DNA of 49,510 nucleotides, the filler included, from Sphacelaria rigidula (lineage: Eukaryota), in NCBI GenBank assembly GCA_964200075.2. It is 3 parts of 3 records of this genome, joined end to end, with 100 filler letters (N's around TTAATTAATTAA, not from the genome) between each part and the next. Parts side by side here need not be neighbours in the genome. Positions count along the whole stretch, not along the records: positions 1 to 16,438 come from CAXNAA020001360.1; 2 more parts are not named here. One strand, given 5' to 3'. Shown piece by piece: positions 1-11,357 of this stretch. The position numbers and the translations under genes are program-made. The notes beneath the pieces are model-generated. The model saw only the letters and a list, made by a program, of their open reading frames with translations. It was not told where the DNA came from and made no database searches. Within the stretch, counting starts at the first letter, position 1. Every line of letters starts with the position of its first letter.

Positions 1-372
1 CCAACGACTAAGGTAAGCAACAAATGAGTACGCCCCCTCCCTCCCCCCCCCGCTTCCCCTGTCGCGACCCCGGTGATACTTCCATGAGGCAGCGTATAAT
101 CCGTGGCTGTCTCTAGAAGTGGCGATACTGGGAAATGAAGCAACTCATTGGAGGCTGTCATCCACATGCAAGATAAATAATACGCTCCGGGACGAACAAT
201 CTTAGCAGGATGCAGATTACCCGTGGTGCGACACGCCGAACACATCACGGCGCTACGCGCTTGGTGATTGTGAGCCTGGTCCGGCGAAAACCCGGCATGC
301 TCCATCCCGACTTTGTAGGGATGCGAGGTCAGTGGTCTCATGACTACGGCACGCAAGATCATGAGTACTCCC
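1..372 (+). repeat. Dispersed repeat element with ~55-bp end motif
   Basis: Clear similarity to 22280-22590. End-motif variants (gatgcg.ggtca.tgg...gacta.ggca...gagtac.ccc) also occur at ~13026-13078, 33168-33222 (-), 46185-46237 and 49450-49506 (-). Confidence 0.7.
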
Positions 373-407
373 TCGTCGTGGCCCCACGTACACTGCTCCA
401 CTCCTAG

Positions 408-562
408 GTGCGAGATCATCTCAGACCGGGAAGATTGATTATCGTAATGGCCTCCCTCATGGGGTGGAACTCAATCCGCGCTAATGACTTCAGTACCGGC
501 GACGAGCTGATGGATGCTCTCCGCTGCTCCTGCGCGGCTTTCCCCATTGTCATGCCTCATCG
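408..562 (+). CDS. Patatin-like phospholipase (PNPLA-type), internal exon
   Basis: Bounded by ctcctAG| and CG|GTGAGA. Translates VRDHLRPGRLIIVMASLMGWNSIRANDFSTGDELMDALRCSCAAFPIVMPH(R), resembling the PNPLA 'GRL.I..T......F.S.DELI.A..CS.FIP' block. Its phase-2 end matches the next exon. Not in the ORF track. Confidence 0.85.
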
Positions 563-2655
563 GTGAGAAGAGAGTAAGGTCGGAGCCCATCGAACTGCAG
601 TACATATGACTGTGTATTTGTACCTCGACGTGACAAATATCATGATGAGAAAAAATGGCAAATGCGATTTGTAACGCGGCAATGATATCCCTTTTCTTTC
701 CAGACACTTAATGCACTAAACGATATTGTTATTTTTTCTGATATAACAGTATGGGTACAAAATACCGCCTCGCCAACATGCTTCAACGCGTGAACGGCGA
801 AATAGCTGCAGTAGTGGGCGGGGCGGTCTAACTCTTCATATTTGTGGCATTTTGCGATTTTTTCGTAATCGGCGATTTTCGAGGGCTCTTCTCGCTTGCC
901 ACCGCTTATCACCTCGGGGATCTGAAGATATTTGTACCCGCTTCACATTCCCAGAGAACAAATCATCTGCACTCAATATTGAGTGACTCACGGGCTGGCC
1001 GGCCATCGGGGTTCCCGCCACGTTTCAGCCTATATTTACTCTTCGGTATTTTTGGTCGATCGAGCCTGTCCGGATCATATTTGTGAAGAAATGTACAGTT
1101 TAATGCTTTTGAAAATCTACCTAATCATTGCACTAGAGCCGAAAAACTGTGTTTCACGGTCAATAACACCCTCCTGATAAACGGGGTATTTACTCGTATC
1201 GCCCGATAACACCAACCAACACTGACTTGGGCACTGTGTTTCGAGGATGATCTGTTTATCGTACCAAAATCTACCACCGCTAGCAATTTCGAGTTCTATC
1301 GAAGAGTGATACGCGAGGAAAACCCCAGAACACCCCTGAATAGTTCGAGATTACAATTTGGAAATCAGTGAGAACTACACATAAAAACGACGTTAGAACA
1401 ATACAGACATGAGTGGAAGAACATCTGACATGTCAGCGGTGATGAGGGTACAACTTCCTAGGGAAGATATCCTTTCAGCGATGGGGATAGTTGCTGACAC
1501 AAAGCAAGAGCCATTTCGATGATGTTTCGCCGAAGAGCACAATGCTTACAGGATAAAATCTTTATACCTACCGCTTCGGTACTAACGCGAGGACTTTGTC
1601 CTACTTAGGTGTCCGTGGATCCGGAAGGTATCCTAGAACCCGAGCATAAATAACCCAGGAGTCCGTGGATCGAAAAGCGTCCCCGTGCCCAGTCATGTAT
1701 AACCAGCAAATGCAAACAGTACTAAAGTGCAGATGTATCTAATGGAAATATGTTACACATGACAGTTACATGACACAACATACCCAAGCCAAAGGTTTCG
1801 CAAATATATGCACTGTTGATGACCACTGGCAGCTAAAATTGATGGAGGTGTTTAATCAACGCCACAGTATAGAAAAGAGCTACCTTTGCGACTAGCAGTG
1901 ACGTGACTCAATCAATGACTATTACTCAAAGACGGTGTCACGTTTACACCATCGGCGAAGCCGATAATTGCCTCGTCCCATCAGCCACAGTCCTGATGGG
2001 CTTTAGGCGCATAAAGGGGGGGGGAAGAATGGAAGACACCTCTTAGATTGATGCCACACATGTATGAAAAAGCAGCGCATGCAGGTATAAGGTAGGAACG
2101 GTCCGACATGATCAGAATACCAGGACCCTGTAAGGCCAACGATACTAGACAACTCGGTGTGATGCCAGAAAGATCCGATATAACGATGACCGAACATTCC
2201 CCGAGGAAACAGGCCCACGTCACGGTGGAGTTCCTTCGGCATCAGGGTGACATCTCTAACGACAGTTTTACCCGTAGGTCTCTGTTTACCCTAGCGATAC
2301 ACCTTTCTCATATGATGCACCTTTCCCATATGAAGAAATAGAAGTAGTAATAGAAATAATAGCAACATACAACGAAAGCTGAACAAAGAAACCAGGTCCC
2401 GATGAAACATGGTGAAGCAGAAATGAACACGCGGCAATGAGATAACCCTGACAGGCCCGCGATAGATGATATGTTGATTTCTCTGGGAGCTCAGCCGTCA
2501 GACCCGCGGCGTGTTCCGTATTTTCCCGAGTGTATATATGCTGCTCATCCCTCCATACTCACACGAAACATCAGGTAACGGGCGCATTGTATTCAATCCC
2601 GCTCTTGTCCTGCTTGGCGCATTGTGTCCTTGCTACGCTGAGTGTGCGGCTTTAG

Positions 2656-2734
2656 GTTTCGCGGCAAACGATGCTTCGATGGGGCCTTCGCCGAGGGAAC
2701 AACATCTCCTGTTCTCACTGAGGAAGAAGCAGAT
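2656..2734 (+). CDS. Patatin-like phospholipase exon carrying the catalytic Asp (DGA) motif
   Basis: Bounded by tttAG|G and GAT|GTGAGC. Translates (R)FRGKRCFDGAFAEGTTSPVLTEEEAD, matching PNPLA 'FRG..Y.DGG'. Phase 2 in and phase 0 out fit both neighbouring exons. Confidence 0.85.
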
Positions 2735-3529
2735 GTGAGCCAAAGTGCCGACCAACAACAGCTAGTGTGCAGTCCGGTTGCTGTCGCTGTAGAACTTAGT
2801 ACACGGAAGCTTGGCCAGCGTATCCTCGGATTGTTTTTTACAACTTTCGAGCTGAGAAATGTAGACGGCACATTTACCACTCAAGCAAGAACCGACTCGG
2901 CATGCTTGACGTCATTGTTATAACACATTGCAACACGCTCAGACAAAGACTACGGTACAATACCGCCCAACGTGGTGGTGTCGTGGTCATCTACAAGCCC
3001 ACCAAGATCCTCGACCAAGCAGACGTGTTGTCCATTGCGAATATTCAAGACATTCCGAGACACCCACTCTACCCTCGCCCGCCCTGCGGAAATTCAAGCA
3101 TTGACTTTGATGTTTTGCCGTCTGAACAAGAAGGAAACATTGCTACTCAGTCGCCGTTTGAAACCACAGGAAACGACATTATTTCCGGGCAAGCCTGCAG
3201 GCATTGCCCATCCTGCTTTTTTACGGAGAACCCAGCTTGGGATATTATTCTCGCTGAATCCAACACCATCGTCCACGCCCTTCTAATTTTCGTTGTGTAT
3301 GTGAACCTTTTCATCGGAGCGTTGTGCAGAAACGTGTGGGTGGAATATCTAACTAAAAATCGTTTTGTTGCAGTCCGGAGTACATAAGCATAAAGCGAAC
3401 GATGAGCCCCAAATCTCCCGCAACTTGGTTTCTTTCAGCAACTGTCGGGGCCGAAATTCACTTTCCCTCCCCTCCCCCTTCCCGCCCGCCCCCATACGCC
3501 CTCGGCAACGCTACTGCACACAATCTCAG

Positions 3530-3940
3530 GGCCTTGAAACAGTGACGATCAGCCCGCTATACGCAAGTCGGGCCACCATCCGACCATCCCGCTACGTACC
3601 CCTGTCCTGGATGGCCCTGCCGCCTAACGACCCGAGCGCAATTGATTGGCTTTATGACCTCGGTTACCGCGACGCCCTGTTTTGGATGGCCGAAACGGGC
3701 ATTACGCATAGTTGCAAACATGGAAACAGACTTTCCTCATTCAAGGAACAAACTTGCCGACAGCGAAGCAACGGAGACATTGGCCACAACAATCATGACA
3801 ACCACGACGACGACGAAGATAATTTCGGCTATGAGGACAACGTCGACAACGATACCAATAACAGCAGCACCACCAGCAGCAGTGACAGCACCACCAGCAG
3901 TAGCAACAACAACAACGACAACGACAACGATAACAATGAT

Positions 3941-3986
<46 letters not shown>

Positions 3987-4512
3987 GCTCCGGTTTTTAT
4001 GTTCGGCAGTCGTTCGCGCTGTCCGGATGCGACATGCGTCCTCGACGGGAGAAACACCCTCAGTTGGACGCGGAGAAATTTGTACCCTCGTTGGAACAGT
4101 TCGTCGGCCACGGTACGTATCACTGTGTCCTGGACCTGGTGTTCGTCATCTTCTTGACCTGCGTGTGGAGGCCCGCTGCGGCGTTACTGATTTACGTAGA
4201 TCTTACCGGGCGTCTAGTCATGTCGGTATCTCGGGGGCTGGTAAAGGAACTGCAGCCCCTCATGCGCTGGATCATGCTCACTCTTGGCGTTCTTGCAGTC
4301 GTGGAGCATGAAGAGGCGACTGGAGTGGTGGCAGCAACGTCGGTGCCGCACATCGGAGGAGAGCGTGGAGCGCACCTATGCGCTGCTGCTGTCGCATGCT
4401 TCACCGGAATCGCTTTGGTTCGGGGTAACAAGGACGGCGCTCCCAGCCAGAAGGAGTGGGGGAGAGCAAGGAAACACCTCAGGGGCCTTCTGGAGTATAG
4501 AATTTTGCTAAG
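3530..4512 (+). CDS. Patatin-like phospholipase large exon (end of patatin fold, poly-Asn tract, hydrophobic C-terminal region)
   Basis: Bounded by ctcAG|GGC and AG|GTGAGT, open for 983 nt. TVTISP...MALPP...LYDLGYRDA matches PNPLA 'TITVSP...ALFPP...GY.DA'. Confidence 0.85.
3902..3985 (+). repeat. (AAC)n microsatellite encoding poly-Asn inside the exon
   Basis: Directly visible and in frame with the patatin exon. Confidence 0.95.
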
Positions 4513-4827
4513 GTGAGTCTTTCAGTGATTCCGAGACCGGGGGGTTGATGGGCGGGCGGGGGGGAAATGCTCTGCTAACCTTGGTGTTATGGAGCCGATG
4601 TAGCAGAAGGCGAAAGTCATCATTCAGGTTACGATTTCATGCGTGCAAAAGCCTTGGGATACCTTGTAGCTGAATTATGCCCCCCGTGCTCAGGCATGAG
4701 CGTTGAACCTTGATAACGTTTTGGCAGTGAAATTGCTTGTTTTCGCTTGCCCCTGAGCACACTGTGCAGCGCAACAGCTTGATCATACCCCGCTATCTAT
4801 CGCAAAGGCGCTCAACCCCGAATGCAG

Positions 4828-4972
4828 ACTTTGTTCTCTGGTCGAGGTTTCCTCTATCCCTGGCGTCGCTCCAGTTGGCCCTGACACAATAAAGGAGTTA
4901 AACACGATGTATCCCAGCCTTTTCAAATCAACCAGCTTATGCCTGGTCAGCTTGATAGGCCAAAGTAATTAA
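4828..4972 (+). CDS. Candidate last exon of the patatin-like gene
   Basis: The tgcAG| acceptor in phase 2 gives (R)LCSLVEVSSIPGVAPVGPDTIKELNTMYPSLFKSTSLCLVSLIGQSN*. Supported by phase fit only. Confidence 0.35.
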
Positions 4973-5215
4973 TATCAATACAAAGAAAGAGACATTCTAG
5001 AAGCATACAGTTTATTTCGAACACGTTATTTTTGCAAGCAAGTAGTGCGGCGTGCTTGCTCAGGGATCAGCAATCAATCTATATCCGATTTTAATCTGGG
5101 TGGCTGGAGAAGACTATATTCTACCGTTTTGAGAAGGGGGATCTAGCTCGTGCTGCAGTATGCATGAGGCCTACACACGTGGACAAATAGCACCCTGTGG
5201 GGCACGTCTACAGGG

Positions 5216-5380
5216 TTCAGGGAAACTGTGCAGTGTTTCTCGCGGGGATTTGGCTGTAGGGTGTTTTTTTGCGCCACACAGGACGCTTCACGGGGTTTCA
5301 GGGAAACTGTGCAGTGTTCCTCGCGGGGATTTGGCTGTAGGGTATTATTTTGCGCCACACAGGACGCTTCACGGGGTTTC
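5216..5380. repeat. Tandem duplication, 81-bp unit x2
   Basis: ttcagggaaactgtgcagtg... starts at 5216 and 5297, and the copies are near identical. Confidence 0.9.
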
Positions 5381-6759
5381 GTCGCTGCGTGTAGTGTTCA
5401 TTGCTGTTATATGTTGTACAGTATTTTTACGCACTTAAAATATGCTCGACCTTGAAGCGCGGGCGCAGTACTGGCGAAAAACAGTTCAATTGTGACAGGG
5501 GCGAGTATCGAACTCGAATATTTGTGGTCGGGAGAAGAACGCACTGGGCATCGAACCACCTATAACTTGTTGTTGACGTGGACATTATTTTGAGATTTCT
5601 CATGGATGTATCAAGCAATATAACTTCAGAAACGAAAACATGAGCACCAGTACATTGTAATTTTAAAATGGTTGCCTGTTGGCAACTTTAGGGGAAAAGT
5701 GCTCTTCCGGGTGTAATTTATCCCTGGAGTTTGACCTGTGGGACCCCAGCAATCTTGTACTTCAAAATACTTGTATATTATATATAGTAAATACCATGAC
5801 TCGAGATCCATGCAAATAACCCCTAACAACAACACTTTTGTTCCAGCTATACCGCACAACCCTATATATTGTCTGTAGCAAAGAGCACGAGTTGGGCACA
5901 GGGATATAGAAACACCTTGCCGTGGTTGGGTATGAGGTATTTCTTGTTGGTGCATGGAAACTTGAGCATCTTCTTTCATGGTCGTGCAGCATCGCATTGC
6001 GACGGATCGAACCGCCATATGCACGCGGGGTATATATAGCATGCACTCACCGCATAGTTGATGCATGGGCGCAGGCATCGTCAGTACACAGTTGCTGCAC
6101 GTTGTTCAAGTCCTTTTCACGTCGCAGTGTAGGCAGAGAACATATATAGTCCTGCGCTGTCTGTACTGTACTTCCCCCGCTTCCTTTTCATGCCCTGCTT
6201 ATTGTGTGCTGCATTTGCGTGCCCATATATGCATGTATGTACGTTCGCGTGCTGTGTGAACTCTGTAGTTACTCCTGACGGTATATAACGCCCCCGTATA
6301 TCAAAATATAAGCTGGAGCATATATCCACATTGCAAAGCCATATGTAGCGCATATGCCGCGCTCACTCTGCAGTATATAACACCTGACGTATAAGCACGC
6401 GGTATTGCACTGTCCTGAATGGTATTATGCAGTTTATTGTTGTGATTATATAGACGACGGCTGGACCCCTGCTGGGGGGTCAGTTGAAATACGACAGTCA
6501 ATCAATCAATCAATCAATCAATCAACCAATCAATCATCCCTACCACAGTACATACATATATTCCGCGATCAATATGTTTTCGCGTTTTTGCTAAAAACCA
6601 TTTGGTTTGTCTTGATAAGGACTGGACGACGGGGTTCTCATAAGCTATGTGCATTCATATGCGAGGTATCTACCGTGGATCCAGCATCTGTACCACGCCT
6701 ACAACGGAAGCGTCGCTCCGAAACACAGGCGTGTGGACATACACTCGCAAGCAGTGTGT

Positions 6760-7277
6760 GGGATTTGTATTCAGCAAAAGCTGTTGAGAATTTATCCTTT
6801 AGCCCAATTGATACATGAAGTGGGCGGCAAGAGGATGAATCATTTTCAACATTGTTTTTTACGTCTCGGATCCCACACGCTGATAACGGTCCAGTATCCA
6901 GGATCTGCACAGCTGATGCTGTTCGCAATAATTACTTTTTTGCCCAGTTTCCGGATGAATTGGCGGGCAAAGTGAGGATTTATGTCGAGCTTCTTCTGCT
7001 GTTCAAATTCCAAATCTGGCAGTCTGGATGGGATTTGTACAGCAGAAGAAGCTGTTGGAAATATACCCATTTTTGCCCAATTTATTTGGGCGAAAAAATG
7101 GTCGGTTTTGAATAGCTTCTTCTGCTATTCGAAATAAATCCTCTTTTTGCCCAATTTATTTGGGTGAAAAAGGATTTATGTCCAACAGCTTCCTCTGCTG
7201 TCCGAGAAAAATTCCTTTTGCCCGATTTGAATCGGGCAAGAAGAGGATTTATCTCGAACAGCAGAAGAAGCTATTCA
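6760..7277. repeat. Array of alternating palindromic units (foldback-like)
   Basis: CAGCAGAAGAAGCTG cores occur in both orientations, flanked by GGATTT/AAATCC and separated by TTTTGCCCAA..TTGGGCRAAA hairpins. Confidence 0.8.
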
Positions 7278-7499
7278 TACTAAATAAAATTACCATTTTT
7301 GTACCAAAATACTTTGTATTTTTCAAAATTGGGAGGGCCTCTCCACAGGGTTACTTGCAGGGTTTTGGCAAAAACGCTATGCAAAATGCTGGTAGAGGTA
7401 CTAGGGTTTGCAGATGCAGTGTAGGGTTTCTCATGAAAGACTGTGAAGAACTCTGTGCAGCAGGTCCTACAGGGTGCTATTTGTTCAGGTGTGTAGTAC

Positions 7500-8745
7500 C
7501 AGTCGGTCGGGATTCTCGAATACATGCGGCGGAGAGAAAATTGACGGCAGGCTTTTTCCAGCCTCTGCAGCTCCTGCGGTATGGAACACATCCTGTCCCA
7601 AAACCGAGCCATTGTTCGCATTATCAGCCGTACTCTACTGATCCAGCTCGCATTCACCAAACATGCCGTGTGTTGAGAGTGCTACACATACATGCGGAAT
7701 TTTGGGTGTCACATTTATGCCCATGGTCACCATACAACGTGGAAAAAGATGCATACTTCGATACACAGGACAACAACAACTACCCACCGTGTGAGCAACA
7801 TCCTGTCATAATCCAGCGGGGTCCCACTGTTCTGTAAACATCTAATGAGGGAGGTCCCGCCACCGTGTCATCGGGATCACTCTTCACAAGTCCGACACGC
7901 TATACTAACGTCGTGTGATTGCACTGTGCCAGCAAAGTGCGGCGAGGCCCCATCATTGTGCGGTCATGCTTGGGTGGGAACCCACTGCACTCTGCAGGAA
8001 CTCCCACTGTACCAGAGAGGTATTGGCAACGCTTACAGGTTCACTCGCTTGGCAATTCTGTTTCCATGGTTCGGGTGATAAATTGATGGGTGGTATTGCA
8101 ACTTGTAAAACAAAACACGCGCTTCCTTCCGCTCCGCCCCCCTCCCCCCGTCATATATTTGAACCGTTCAGGTGTTTGCCTTGGGGGCACAGGCACACTG
8201 TTCGTGCGGAGTTGCTAGAGACCAGTCTCTTGTACAGGGCCACTTCATTTTTCTTATGAATAAAGTGCTCTCTTAGCTTCAAAAATCACCCCGAAGCGGT
8301 TTTTCCTTGCTCAGCGTATCGTGTCTCCGTATGCAAGGTCAATCGATTACAACACAACCATTGACGGTGCGGTACCATGAAGGGCAGAGAAACTACTGTC
8401 ATGATAGTCTTAAGGTGTTCCTTAGAAACTGGATATTCCAGAGGATGTGGACCAAGCCTCTTGTGGGCGTGTTGTTGTCTGTCTAGATTTGTGATCCCGG
8501 ACCGCGTTACGTCAGGATTCCGGTTCATACGGAGTGAATTTCTTCCTGACCCATGTTGCCGTTCAGGCCACGGTACAGACTATATTGAGAGGTTCGGGTG
8601 TTGTGATCCGAAGCTGTTGTCGGGTTGCTGTGCTTGTCGAGGTGAACTGGAATGTGGCACATGGAGGCTCCCGAAGACCATTCTTCGGAAAAAAGGGGAC
8701 AGGTGCGATGAGATCCCCATAACTGTCCAGGAAAGCATCAGTTAG
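7500..8745 (-). pseudogene. Decayed KDZ (Kyakuja-Dileera-Zisupton)-like transposase
   Basis: Ordered motif remnants on the minus strand: FLCPSW...CVVID (8393-8338), KHDRT..(frameshift)GLAALCWH (7972-7926) and LNTRH...AG...YG**CEQW (7680-7609). Many stops and frameshifts. Confidence 0.55.
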
Positions 8746-8747
8746 TG

Positions 8748-8840
8748 ATCGATTGATGGATTATCTCACATGAGCTGATTGCAACAACCCAGGTCGTTGT
8801 CAGGAGCAACAAAAAAACGAGCAGAATGAGAAAGAAGAGT
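8748..8840 (+). repeat. Dispersed repeat family copy
   Basis: gattatctcaca..agctgattgcaacaa.cca..cgt.gtcaggagca shared with ~37064-37345 and ~40810-41170. Confidence 0.75.
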
Positions 8841-10295
8841 TATGATTGATTGATTTGTTCGCGCCAGGTATTAGTCTACGACCCGTACATACGTAGTGTT
8901 CTTATTGGGAGACGAAAGAGCACATCCCGTCGTGCACTCTCACCCTGAGTTGGACCCCTTTCCTTTGAGTAGCTTCCTCTTTAGTAACGTTTTTCGAATG
9001 GTCGTGTTGGTCAGATGACGGTGTAAAAATAACAGCCCTGTGCTGTGTGCCCACAAAAAATATTGCCCTCGTGCAGTAAGTATCAAGAAGATGAAGATGA
9101 CATGTTTTAAGCGTTGACTATTATTACCATCCACACGGAGTAATCGAATGGAGAGAGGTGTGGGAAGAGAGTGATGGGTGTGGAGGGGGAGTACCACTCT
9201 ATCATGATTGCCCACGAACCATAGTCTTCAGTCGGCTCACGAGCCATGATCCTCTACCCATTGATGATTTACAAACCAACAATTCTCCATTCTAGAAACA
9301 ATACACGGTTAGGACAAATGAAATCGTGATGCAATTCATGTTAGTCATCCCAACGAATAAATCATACGAGTCGTACATCATTTTTTGTAATCCATACAGG
9401 TTTCGAGCTCTTGTGTCGTGCAGTACACCGTCAACTGTTCCCGTTTCCTACCTCCAGGTCATAGGCGGTAGATCATGGACGCATGTTAACCCCCTGTAGA
9501 AGAATGCGGAATGGATCGATTGTACATGCCACTCATACTCACCATGAGGCGGGAATGGCATCTACCATCTATGCCATGCGTATGTCTCCGTGCGGGACGA
9601 AGAGTCGGCACATCGTTGAATCCTGTCATGACATGGGCCTTGCATCAGTCGTACTTTTTCCCCAATCTGTATGCGGTTGAGATGACTGTACTGCATATGT
9701 TATTCACCGTCGGGTGCATGCGGGACCAACACTTGAATACAGGTTGACTCCTGTCATGTCATGAGGAGTCAACTCGTATAAACCGTGATTTGTCCTAACC
9801 GCGAAGCAATAATAGCCCCTCTTTGTCCAGCCACAGCGAAGCCCCCGAAACATATTATTGGACCATTGTATATCCCATTTGGGGGTGAGCTATATTGAAA
9901 CCTCCCTTTGAGCAATACTACGGTAGGGATTGCACTTTTTTTAGCGAAAACGTTTTTCGGGGCTGCTTGGGGTGTTGTATGGGCCATTGCGAGAACCGGC
10001 ATCCTTTTTTCTTGAAAAGACTGACAATGATGCCGATTCACGAAAAGGTACCTGCGTGCAAACATCATGTTTCTGGGATTCCGGTCCCCGGAGATTTGGG
10101 TTACACAGTAAGCCCCATGTATTCGGGCTCCTACAAAAAAGAGATCCAGAAACACGAAGTGCAACCCCTACCGCAGCATTGCTCCCCTAGGTGTTTCGAC
10201 TAACAAGCCTGGGCGTTGGCCTAGTTGCTATCGGAGAAACTTCCGTACAGAGCAGGATCCCTACAATCATCGCTTGCCTCAAATAGTAGTGTTTA

Positions 10296-11290
10296 CTACA
10301 AAAAACAAACAAAGCGAACTCTCTCAACCCTGCATGAGAGGAAATCGCGGTGTCTTCTCTTTACCAGTGGCTTCTTGCAAATACCTGCATGTTGATATTC
10401 TGATCGCAGATACTTCACAGAGATGTCACCGCTGGCAGCCAGCTCCCTGAGAAAATGGTACGGTATGCTAATGTGCTTGTTGTTTAACGAGCTCAAGGGG
10501 TTTCTAGCACAGTCTGTCGCCTCCTTGCTGTCTGAACAACGCCGATGGTCAAGGGTCCCAAACTCGGGGTTAGAAACATCAACACCCCCGTCTCATATGA
10601 CGTGATACACTCCACTCCCTGAGCGACACTTTGAACGCGCAGACGCACACATAGCGTTTGATCCTAGCTTGACTATCACCACGGACCGAACCCAGTATAA
10701 TGGACTGCTCACGGCATCTACTTTTGTACAACCGAGTTATTCAAACTTCAGCACTGTGATTGACCAAAATGGACGGTCTTCGACCGCCATCAATATCATA
10801 CCCGCTACACGCTAACACGCGCGACAAAGCATGTGCATATTTCAGCCTTCAAACCCAGCTTCTTCTGACGGATCGTGTGTCAACCTCGGGAGGAACAATT
10901 CACCGCATAAAAAAACGTGAGTCGTGTTGGGTGAATTCGGCGCACTAAAACCACTTGGAAATACACAAGGTATTGATCCAATCGATGCGCAAGAGCTTGC
11001 GGCATACTTCATGCCCTGCATCTAGCAAACGACCAGCTATCATGATGTTTACACAAAAACACTGCACCCGGCAATCATGAGACGTGCCCTTTTTCTCGAA
11101 ACTCCTTGATTCTGCTCTGTCACAAACACATCAAATACAAAGAAGATTGAAACGACCCGCGCGCCATGGCTCTCAAGTGCTGCCAAGCACTGAAGGCAGG
11201 CTTGACAGCGGTGCAACCTGTAAAGGCGCCTCAAATCACATGTCGAATGCACGCATGCATAAGGCGCGTCCAATCCTAGCAACTATCGCG
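10296..11290 (-). mobile_element. Ty1/copia LTR retrotransposon relic (RNase H end clear, RT very degenerate)
   Basis: ARNPLSSLNNKHISIPYHFLRELAASGDISVKYLRSEYQHAGICKKPL matches the copia RNase H 'NP....KHID.RYHF.RE...Q.AD..TK.L'. The upstream boundary is approximate. Confidence 0.8.
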
Positions 11291-11357
11291 CTCTACAAAT
11301 AGATAAGCAACAATGATATTACAGACCCAATCTCACGCCAAAAACGTTTCCTCGGAT

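Noticed and set aside
3365..3529. N-terminus of the 383-aa ORF
   Set aside because: It is intron sequence upstream of the acceptor at 3529. The real protein continues from upstream exons.
3642..4157. Poly-Thr and poly-Val ORFs (also the poly-Val/Cys ORFs at 29218-29559 and 40829-41152)
   Set aside because: These are alternative-frame readings of AAC microsatellites.
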